NCBI GenBank assembly: GCA_030604825.1
Contig: JAUVVB010000006.1
Coordinates: 5,781 to 69,780, forward strand
DNA: 64,000 nt
DNA from: Chloroflexota bacterium
GTDB taxonomy: Bacteria; Chloroflexota; Dehalococcoidia; E44-bin15
Direction: 5' to 3'
The position numbers and the translations under genes are program-made. Positions 57,391 to 64,000 of this stretch are shown one piece after another (position 1 is the stretch's first letter; every line of letters begins with the position of its first letter). The notes under the pieces are model-generated. The model had not been told where the DNA came from. It worked only from the letters and a program-made list of their open reading frames with translations, and made no database searches.

Positions 57391-58138
57391 CCAGATACTC
57401 CTTGGTCACCGCCACGGAATCGGCGACTGCCTTCTCCCTGAAGGCAGCGATTCGCTTGGCGGTGACATACTGAATTGCCCACTCCAGCTTGGCGGGCAGC
57501 ACGGAGAGGAATTGCTCCAACTGCTGGGGATCCACCTTTTGCCTGGTGAGGAGGAACCTTCGGGCAAAGAAGGGGAAAAGGTCCAGGCTTGGTTCGCGGC
57601 TGGTGGCGCTCAAGACGAACTCCGCCCACTGCTTCAAGGCAGGGGCATCGATGAGGGCAAAGCCCTGCCTTGGCTCCCACCGCGAGATTTGAGCCCTGAT
57701 TTCCTCCATCTTCCCTCTATCCTCCCGCTCACGGCGATCCAGCTCGTACTGGAGGGCCCTGTCCAGCATGTTAGCCATGGGTTCCTGGCTCAGCAGGGAG
57801 TAGCTGCCGAAGCAAGGGCGATAGATGTCAAGGACCCACGCCTCATCGGTAACCAGGTGGGATAGATAGCCGGCAACCAGCGACCTGGTTGCCCAATCCA
57901 GCCTCTCCCCGTTGGCAAGGGTGGGGTGAACCTCAAAGATGAGCCTTGCCCCGCTCACCGAGCTCTCCCCCTCCAGGTCGAAGAAGTGGGTTTCCTCACG
58001 GCTTCCTCCAGTGACGATGTGTACATCGGGCAGGGTGGAACCAAAAAGGTAACTGCCCAGATTCTGGTCTATTACGGGGTGGCGAAGTAGTTCCGCCGCT
58101 TCCCTGGCAATGCTCAGGTGAATACAAATGGGAGGCAT
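57377..58138 (-). CDS. hypothetical protein (possibly a metal-dependent hydrolase/phospholipase-C-like fold) inside the his operon
   Basis: 253-aa ORF between hisG and hisD with start-stop overlap on both sides. Begins 'CIHLSIAREAAELL...LPDVH'. No confident family assignment. Confidence 0.4.
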   Translation of the reverse strand: MPPICIHLSIAREAAELLRHPVIDQNLGSYLFGSTLPDVHIVTGGSREETHFFDLEGESSVSGARLIFEVHPTLANGERLDWATRSLVAGYLSHLVTDEAWVLDIYRPCFGSYSLLSQEPMANMLDRALQYELDRREREDRGKMEEIRAQISRWEPRQGFALIDAPALKQWAEFVLSATSREPSLDLFPFFARRFLLTRQKVDPQQLEQFLSVLPAKLEWAIQYVTAKRIAAFREKAVADSVAVTKEYLGEDN

Positions 58139-58181
58139 TTTCCCGAACTTTGGCGCTTTTTTGAACTTTAGCGCTTTGGAT

Positions 58182-59594
58182 TCAACGGCCTTTTATCGCT
58201 GTCTCCCCTATGACTTTGATGATATGTTCTATTTTTGCCTTTTTTGCCGGCTGTGACAAGGTCTTAGTGTTGCCGATAAGGCACGCCGCGGAATCAAAAA
58301 GGGTGTCGATGATCCTGAGGTTATGCCGGTTTAAGGTTTCCCCGCTCTGGGTGTTTTCGATGAGGAGGTCGGCGTCTTCGGGGAGGAAGGCCTCACTGGC
58401 TCCCCAGGTGGGGATCACCTTATAGCGTTCCAGATGTCTATCCCGGGCATACCTGTCGGCGACATTGACATATTCCGAGGCCACCCTTACCGCGGGGATA
58501 AGCCCTCCCTTAACCAGCTCCCTCAAATCCATCACATTCCTAACCGCCAGATCGCCGCTCACCACAGCAACAACGCTTACCCTGCCAAATCCCAGATTCA
58601 GGATTTCCTCCACCGGGCTTTTGGGAAATCGATAGAGGTGGTCCTTAAGCCAGTCCTGGCCGGTAATCGCCAGATCGAAGTTCTCGTTTGCCACCTGAAG
58701 CGGCATATCCTGGGGCCTGATCACCTTTACCGAGACATCGGGAAGCCCCAGGGTGGGGCGGCGAGTCTCCAGCGGCTCGCAGTAGCCATGGAGCCTGAGC
58801 CCCGCCCTCTCCAGAAATTCCATGGTGGGGTGCTGCTGGTGACCGTCGGGCAGGGCAAGGCGAACCCTTTTCTCGTCCTGGGGCGCTTTCTCGCCCCTTG
58901 CCGCGGCAATGGAGGGCAGAGGAGGCTCCTCTTCGGCCTCCACCTCGAAGGGGCGAAAGGATTTCAGCAGCTCGCTCATGTCGGCATTTGCCAGGCTTTT
59001 CCTGTTGGCAATGAGAAAGGCGCTGGAGGTGAGCAGCCGGGCCAGGGGGACAAGGTCGAGACCGTCAAGCCTATCCATCGAGGTTTCTGCCATCAAGGCG
59101 AGGTCTGCGCTCTCCGGGGGATAGACCTCAGCCGCCCCCCAGATGGGGAGGATCTTAAATCTCCTTAATCTCAGCCTGAGGGCGAAGGATTCCGCCAGGT
59201 TCTGATACTCGCTGACGATGCGTACGGTTTCAAATCCATCCTTGACCTGGGCAAGGGATGAGAACCCGCCATACCTGCTGGCCACCACATAAAGGCTGCT
59301 TTTTCCATAGCCCAGATTTGCCAGCTTCACCAGGTCGCCGCTGGGATACTTGGCCAGAAGCTCTTCCACCCAGTCCAGCCCGCAGATGCCCAGATCGTAG
59401 TTCCCTATGGCCACCTGAATGGGGATGTCCTTTTCCTGAAACACCTTGAGGAAGAGATCGGGGAATCTGGTGGAACTGGGACGATAAGAGCGAGACTCCT
59501 CCTCATAGCCCAGGAGCCCCAGCCCCGCCCTCTCCAGCAAAGCGGCGGTTTCCCCCATAATCCTTCCCTTGGGCAAGGCAAGCCTCAATTTCAC
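58182..59594 (-). CDS. hisG: ATP phosphoribosyltransferase, tandem duplication of the short-form HisG catalytic domain
   Basis: 470 aa. Both residues 1-210 ('RLALPKGRIMGETAALLERAG...ILPIWGAAEVYPPESADLALMAETSMD') and residues about 245-470 ('RLALPDGHQQHPTMEFLERAG...VIPTWGASEAFLPEDADLLIENTQSGETL') match the HisG-short architecture. Confidence 0.7.
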   Translation of the reverse strand: MKLRLALPKGRIMGETAALLERAGLGLLGYEEESRSYRPSSTRFPDLFLKVFQEKDIPIQVAIGNYDLGICGLDWVEELLAKYPSGDLVKLANLGYGKSSLYVVASRYGGFSSLAQVKDGFETVRIVSEYQNLAESFALRLRLRRFKILPIWGAAEVYPPESADLALMAETSMDRLDGLDLVPLARLLTSSAFLIANRKSLANADMSELLKSFRPFEVEAEEEPPLPSIAAARGEKAPQDEKRVRLALPDGHQQHPTMEFLERAGLRLHGYCEPLETRRPTLGLPDVSVKVIRPQDMPLQVANENFDLAITGQDWLKDHLYRFPKSPVEEILNLGFGRVSVVAVVSGDLAVRNVMDLRELVKGGLIPAVRVASEYVNVADRYARDRHLERYKVIPTWGASEAFLPEDADLLIENTQSGETLNRHNLRIIDTLFDSAACLIGNTKTLSQPAKKAKIEHIIKVIGETAIKGR

Positions 59595-60826
59595 CGCGAC
59601 CTCCCCATCGCCCTCATAATACGCCCCAAGGTAGCTATTTCGCTCCTCTTACCCGTTTTCCGGTCGGTCAATCTGAAGGGACCTTCCCCGGGCACGGAGA
59701 GAAGCCAGCGATAACCCGTTGCCCTTTGCCCCAGGTCAAGCTCGGCGAGGTAGCCCGAATCCCTGAGGCGGCGGGCGAGCTCGAGGCAGGATTTGAGACC
59801 GTTTACATCCCTTTCCTCAGGGGTGATCAGCACCTTCTCATCGGTGGTCTTCATCTCCGCTTCCACCAGGTCCATGAGCTCGTCCATATAAAGGGCAAAA
59901 CCCGATGCCGGAACGGCTGGTCCTCCCACCAGGGGGATCAAATCATCATATCTGCCCCCTCCACCAACCCTCCTCGCCGCGGCGTAGAAGCCGAACATGA
60001 CCCCGGTATAATATTCAAACCCCCTCCCCGAGGGGATATCGATCTGGTAGGGATACCCCATGGCGTCCAAGAGCTGGGCAATGGAGGCCAGGTCGTCGAT
60101 GCTGGGTTCAAGCCGCACCAGGGCTTTCCCCAAAAGAACCTTGGCATTTTCCAGAAAGCCCGGGGAGCTCCCCTTGACATCCAGTAGAAGGGCGAGGGCC
60201 TTCTTCAGGTCGGCATCCTCGGTCTCTATCTCGCCCAGCACCTTTACATTCCCCTCCAGCATCTGGTCCCATATTTCCGTCTGCTCCGCCGTCCCCAGCC
60301 CCAGCTCTGCCAACAGCGCCTTGATCAGGCCAGCGTGGGATAGCCTCACCTCCAGTGGGCCTACGCCAAGCCTCTCCAAAACTTCCAGGGCGAGGAGCAC
60401 CAGCTCCACATCGGCCCAAGGCTGGCCGCTGCCCATGAGCTCAGCGCCGCACTGCCAGCGCTCCCTACTTTCCTCGCCGGTTTCCTCGAAGGTGAAGGTG
60501 TTTTCCACGTAGAACAGCTTGCACAGATCGTCGCCCTCAAGGTTTTCCAGATAGAGCCTGGCGGTGGGGATGGTGCCCTCGGGCCTCAACACCACCCTCT
60601 CCCCGCTCCAGCCATCCCAGTCAAGGAAGGAGTAAACCCTGCCCAGCATGGCCGGGGTTAGCGTCCCGGTGGCGGTGAAGAGGTGGAGATACTCCAGGGT
60701 TGGCGTTCTCACCTCCCGGTAGCCCCAGCCGAGGCAACAGCCTTGAAAAACCTCCTCGATGTGGCGGAACTTTGCCATATCATCGGGGAGCAGGTCGCGC
60801 ATCCCTTTACACCTGGACACCCTCAT
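59591..60826 (-). CDS. hisZ: ATP phosphoribosyltransferase regulatory subunit (HisRS paralog)
   Basis: 411-aa class-II aaRS-like protein ('GMRDLLPDDMAKF', 'RVVLRPEGTIPTARLY', 'GGGRYDDL') encoded immediately upstream of a short-form hisG. It could alternatively be a true HisRS. Confidence 0.6.
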   Translation of the reverse strand: MRVSRCKGMRDLLPDDMAKFRHIEEVFQGCCLGWGYREVRTPTLEYLHLFTATGTLTPAMLGRVYSFLDWDGWSGERVVLRPEGTIPTARLYLENLEGDDLCKLFYVENTFTFEETGEESRERWQCGAELMGSGQPWADVELVLLALEVLERLGVGPLEVRLSHAGLIKALLAELGLGTAEQTEIWDQMLEGNVKVLGEIETEDADLKKALALLLDVKGSSPGFLENAKVLLGKALVRLEPSIDDLASIAQLLDAMGYPYQIDIPSGRGFEYYTGVMFGFYAAARRVGGGGRYDDLIPLVGGPAVPASGFALYMDELMDLVEAEMKTTDEKVLITPEERDVNGLKSCLELARRLRDSGYLAELDLGQRATGYRWLLSVPGEGPFRLTDRKTGKRSEIATLGRIMRAMGRSR

Positions 60827-60877
60827 CGCCTTTCACCCTTGAAAATCTTAGGCTATTCTACACCAATAGAGGCTTGA

Positions 60878-60906
60878 TTGCAAAAAGATGGCCACCCATC
60901 TATAAT
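60878..60906 (+). promoter_or_regulatory. candidate strong sigma70-like promoter (TTGCAA-17-TATAAT) for nfeD-stomatin, implying a nearly leaderless transcript
   Basis: -35 at 60878-60883, 17-nt spacer, perfect -10 at 60901-60906. The nfeD ATG is at 60916, about 3 nt after the predicted TSS. Confidence 0.4.
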
Positions 60907-60915
60907 TGACTGGAT

Positions 60916-62214
60916 ATGCGGAAGGCAATCTTCGTCGCTTTCATACTTCTCGGGCTCTTCCTGTTGATACCCGTGGGGGTGAGCGCTGCTGGCCCTCGAA
61001 TCGACGTCCTCAGGGTGGACGGCACCGTCAACCCCGTTCTTGCCGGCTACATCGAGCGCGGCATTGGGCATGCCGAGGAGCACGGCGCTACCTGCATCAT
61101 CCAAATGGATACGCCTGGGGGCCTTGATACCTCGATGCGCGACATCGTGCAGAGCATCCTGGAGGCTGAAGTGCCGGTGGTGGTCTATGTGCCCCCTGGT
61201 GGCCGGGCCGCCTCGGCGGGGGCGTTCATCTCCATGGCAGCCCATGTGGCGGTTATGTCGCCGGGAACGGAGATCGGGGCTGCCCATCCCGTTGCCATTG
61301 AGGGAGAGATGGACGAGACCATGGAGCAGAAGGTGGTCAACGATGCCGTCGCCTATATAAGGAGCATCGCCGAGGCGAAGGGGCGTAATGCTGATTGGGC
61401 GGAGGCTGCGGTGAGGGAGAGCAAGTCGAGCCCTGCTTCGGAGGCGCTGGAGCTGGGGGTCATCGATATCGTTGCCCAGAACTTCGATGACCTCATCGCC
61501 CAGCTTGATGGATGGGAGGTGACGCTGCTGGGTGGGGAGGCAGTAACCATAGAGACCGATGATGCCGCCATAAATTACATCGACATGGGGGCCATGGAGC
61601 GCTTCCTTTTCGCCATCTCCGACCCCAATATCGCCTACATCCTGTTGAGCCTGGGAATGATGGGGCTTTTCTTCGAGCTCTCCAGTCCTGGGTCCATCTT
61701 CCCCGGGGTGGTGGGCGCCATCTGTCTCTTCCTGGCCTTCTATTCCCTGGGCATGCTCCCCGTCAACTATGCCGGCGCTTTGCTCATCGTGCTCGCCTTT
61801 GCCCTTTTCATCGCCGAGATCTTCGTCACCGGTCATGGACTTCTGGCCTTAGGCGGCATCGCCTCGCTGACCATGGGCTCGCTGATCCTTATGGGCAGCC
61901 CCATGTTTCAGATAAATAAGGGGCTCATTGCCGGGGTGGTGATCGTTGCTACCGCCTTTTTCGCCTTCGTGGTCAGGGCGGTGGTGCTCAGCCGTCGGGC
62001 GCGGGAGGTGACGGGGAGGGAGTCCATGGTGGGCAAGGTGGCAGTAGCCCGAACCCCCCTTGACCCCAAAGGGACCGTTTTCGTGCACGGGGAGCGCTGG
62101 GAGGCAACGGTGGATGAGGGCAGGGTTGAGCCTGGGGAGGAGGTGGTGATAACCAGGGTGGAGGGTTTGAAACTTTGGGTGACCAAGAAAAAGAAGGAAG
62201 GAGGTGAACAATGA
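60916..62214 (+). CDS. nfeD: NfeD-like membrane-bound ClpP-class serine protease (stomatin operon partner)
   Basis: Signal peptide, '[32 protein letters not shown]' ClpP-like active-site region, C-terminal TM helices and an OB-fold. Confidence 0.8.
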   Translation: MRKAIFVAFILLGLFLLIPVGVSAAGPRIDVLRVDGTVNPVLAGYIERGIGHAEEHGATCIIQMDTPGGLDTSMRDIVQSILEAEVPVVVYVPPGGRAASAGAFISMAAHVAVMSPGTEIGAAHPVAIEGEMDETMEQKVVNDAVAYIRSIAEAKGRNADWAEAAVRESKSSPASEALELGVIDIVAQNFDDLIAQLDGWEVTLLGGEAVTIETDDAAINYIDMGAMERFLFAISDPNIAYILLSLGMMGLFFELSSPGSIFPGVVGAICLFLAFYSLGMLPVNYAGALLIVLAFALFIAEIFVTGHGLLALGGIASLTMGSLILMGSPMFQINKGLIAGVVIVATAFFAFVVRAVVLSRRAREVTGRESMVGKVAVARTPLDPKGTVFVHGERWEATVDEGRVEPGEEVVITRVEGLKLWVTKKKKEGGEQ

Positions 62215-62978
62215 GTTGGATAATAGTCGTCATCGTGGTGCTAGTGTTGCTCATCCTGGTGCCGGCGAGCATAAAGGTCGTGTACCAGTATGAGGCCGGG
62301 GTGGTGTTTCGCTTCGGCAGGCTGGTGAAGACCAGGCTTCCCGGGATACGCTTCATCATCCCCTTCATCGACCGCATGCGCAAGATTGACACCCGGGGGA
62401 TGACCATGGATGTCCCCTCTCAGGAGGCGATAACCAAGGACAATGTCACGGTGAAGGTCAATGCTGTGGTCTACTGCAGGGTGATGCACCCCGAGGCTGC
62501 CGTCATCGAGGTCTATGACTACAGGCAGGCAACCTACCAGATCGCCCAGACCACTCTCAGAAGCGTGCTGGGACAATCGGAGCTGGACGAGCTGCTGGCA
62601 CATCGGGAGAAGCTAAACCAACAGCTACAGCAGATCATCGACGAGCAGACGGAGCCCTGGGGGATCAAGGTAAGCGTGGTGGAGGTCAAGGACGTAGAGC
62701 TTCCCTCCTCCATGCAGCGTGCCATGGCGGCCCAGGCTGAGGCTGAGCGGGAGCGGCGAGCCAAGATCATCCACGCCGAGGGCGAGTTTCAGGCTGCCGA
62801 GAGGCTGGCTGAGGCGGGCAAGATCATTGGCAGGGAGCCGACAACGCTGCAGCTACGCTATCTGCAGACCCTCACCGAGATCGCCACCGAGAAGACCAAC
62901 ACCCTGGTATTTCCCTTGCCCATGGACCTGCTCAGGGCCTTCATGCCCCCTAGAGGGGGGAGCAGCGAGGAGAAGTAA
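62211..62978 (+). CDS. SPFH/band-7 stomatin-like protein
   Basis: N-terminal TM helix then '[24 protein letters not shown]' and the SPFH domain. Translationally coupled to nfeD. Confidence 0.85.
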   Translation: MSWIIVVIVVLVLLILVPASIKVVYQYEAGVVFRFGRLVKTRLPGIRFIIPFIDRMRKIDTRGMTMDVPSQEAITKDNVTVKVNAVVYCRVMHPEAAVIEVYDYRQATYQIAQTTLRSVLGQSELDELLAHREKLNQQLQQIIDEQTEPWGIKVSVVEVKDVELPSSMQRAMAAQAEAERERRAKIIHAEGEFQAAERLAEAGKIIGREPTTLQLRYLQTLTEIATEKTNTLVFPLPMDLLRAFMPPRGGSSEEK

Positions 62979-62980
62979 GA

Positions 62981-63034
62981 CTGCCAAAGGGCAGAGAGGT
63001 AGGGGCGTTTTGATCGATTTGCCGGCGCCCCTAC
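62981..63034. terminator. possible hairpin structures between the convergent stomatin and alcohol dehydrogenase genes
   Basis: CTGCC-aaag-GGCAG at 62981-62994, and GTAGGGGCG...CGCCCCTAC (62999-63007 / 63026-63034) with a T-run in between. Weak. Confidence 0.25.
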
Positions 63035-64000
63035 CAGGCCTCCTGGAGCGTTTTCAGCACCTCGGCGAGGTCGCCAGGCCTTGGATTGAAGAAGATATCC
63101 GGCTCGATCAGGGTGGCAGCGGCACAGGCCTCCAGGCCCTCCTGGGGAACCCCTACCTCTCGAAGCCGCTGGGGGTGGCCTAGCTTCCTGGTGAACTGGC
63201 GCATGGCATTGACCGCAGCCTCAGCGGCCTGCTGCTGGCTCATCCCTTTCTCCCTGACCCCCATGGCTTGGGCTACCAGGGCATAGCCATCGCGGCAGGC
63301 ATCGAGGTTGTACCGCATTCCATGGGGAAGCAACATGCCATTGGCAATGCCATGGGGCACCCCATATTTGGCACCCACGATATGGGCCATGGCGTGGACT
63401 ATTCCGCACAGGGAATTTCCAAATGCCATCCCTGCTATTGTTGCTGCAACCAATTGCTGGCCTCTGGCCAGAAGGTCGTCCCCGTTTTCAACACACTGCG
63501 GCAGGTACTCCGTTATTAGCTTGATGGCGTGGAGAGCCAGTGCGTCAGCAATCGGCTCCCTGTTGGTGGAGACAATGCCTTCAACTGCATGGGACATGGC
63601 GTCCATGCCGGTGGAGGCGGTTAGCAGAGGGGGCATGCTCACCGTCATCTGGGGGTCCAGTATCGCCACCTGGGGAAAGAGCAAATCGCTGAGAAACAGT
63701 AGTTTCTCCTGCCGCTCATGATCCTTCACCACCGCCACCGGGGTAGATTCGCTCCCCGATCCCGCGGTGGTGGGGATGGCGATGTGGGGGATCAAGGGGC
63801 CCTCCACCCCAGGCAGTGTCGGGGTATAGTCACTGAGCTTACCGCCTCCCTTGAGGACAACAGCCATCCCCTTGGCGGTATCTATGGAGCTTCCGCCGCC
63901 AATGCTTACCAGTATATCGGCATGAAGCTCTTTGGCAACCTCCACCCCTTCCTGGACAATGTGGACGCCACTATCCGGCTGAACCTTGCCAAAAATCCCC
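63031..64000 (-). CDS. iron-containing (group III) alcohol dehydrogenase, partial (N-terminus beyond window end)
   Basis: 'GGGSSIDTAKGMAVV', 'GSGSESTPVAVV' and His-rich metal-site residues 'HAMAHIVG'. The frame stays open to nt 64000. Confidence 0.75.
   Translation of the reverse strand, partial: GIFGKVQPDSGVHIVQEGVEVAKELHADILVSIGGGSSIDTAKGMAVVLKGGGKLSDYTPTLPGVEGPLIPHIAIPTTAGSGSESTPVAVVKDHERQEKLLFLSDLLFPQVAILDPQMTVSMPPLLTASTGMDAMSHAVEGIVSTNREPIADALALHAIKLITEYLPQCVENGDDLLARGQQLVAATIAGMAFGNSLCGIVHAMAHIVGAKYGVPHGIANGMLLPHGMRYNLDACRDGYALVAQAMGVREKGMSQQQAAEAAVNAMRQFTRKLGHPQRLREVGVPQEGLEACAAATLIEPDIFFNPRPGDLAEVLKTLQEAW

Noticed and set aside
59591-60826. Calling this gene histidyl-tRNA synthetase (hisS)
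   Set aside because: The position immediately upstream of a short-form hisG inside the his operon, and the length (411 aa, short for a full HisRS with anticodon-binding domain), favour the HisZ regulatory paralog. Retained as an alternative at lower probability.
1-64000. CRISPR arrays, IS elements/transposases, integrases, rRNA or canonical tRNA genes
   Set aside because: I saw no short regularly spaced direct repeats, no DDE or serine/tyrosine recombinase ORFs, no inverted terminal repeats flanking the two AT-rich islets, and no tRNA cloverleaf signatures other than the tRNA-like end of the tmRNA.

Overview
This is a high-GC (about 60% by eye) bacterial chromosomal segment, densely coded on both strands. 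Most of it is conserved housekeeping operons: pabBAC, ftsY, mutS/mutL, smpB plus tmRNA, dapL-dapF, miaA, tpiA-apgM-pgk, dxs, guaA, purDEBC, hisZ-hisG-hisD-hisC-hisB and nfeD-stomatin. The gene content points to an anaerobic Chloroflexota, Dehalococcoidia-like lineage. This is my inference, not a database result. The evidence is a Chlor_Arch_YYY/DUF2298 plus TIGR03663 GT-C membrane-protein cluster, an acsB-acsD-acsC-cooC-acsE acetyl-CoA synthase/corrinoid cluster with no CODH gene nearby, an archaeal-type ApgM and an HMG-CoA synthase fused to DUF35. The features that stand out are these. A four-gene uncharacterized envelope module (YYY protein, TIGR03663-like GT-C, MprF-flippase-like protein, FAD oxidoreductase). 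An nfnA/nfnB-like pair in which nfnB carries an in-frame TGA. A 1365-aa ferredoxin-GltD-FdhA fusion formate dehydrogenase (Cys type) immediately after nfnB. Two single-gene AT-rich (about 42% GC) islets inside otherwise conserved operons: a GGCT/AIG2-like gene between mutS and mutL, and a HEPN-like (RNxxxH) gene between purB and purC. A G9 homopolymer frameshift at the 5' end of purD. A tandemly duplicated hisG next to hisZ. An orphan EncFtn-like half-ferritin. I found no CRISPR arrays, transposases, rRNA genes or canonical tRNAs. The only RNA gene I can support is the tmRNA.
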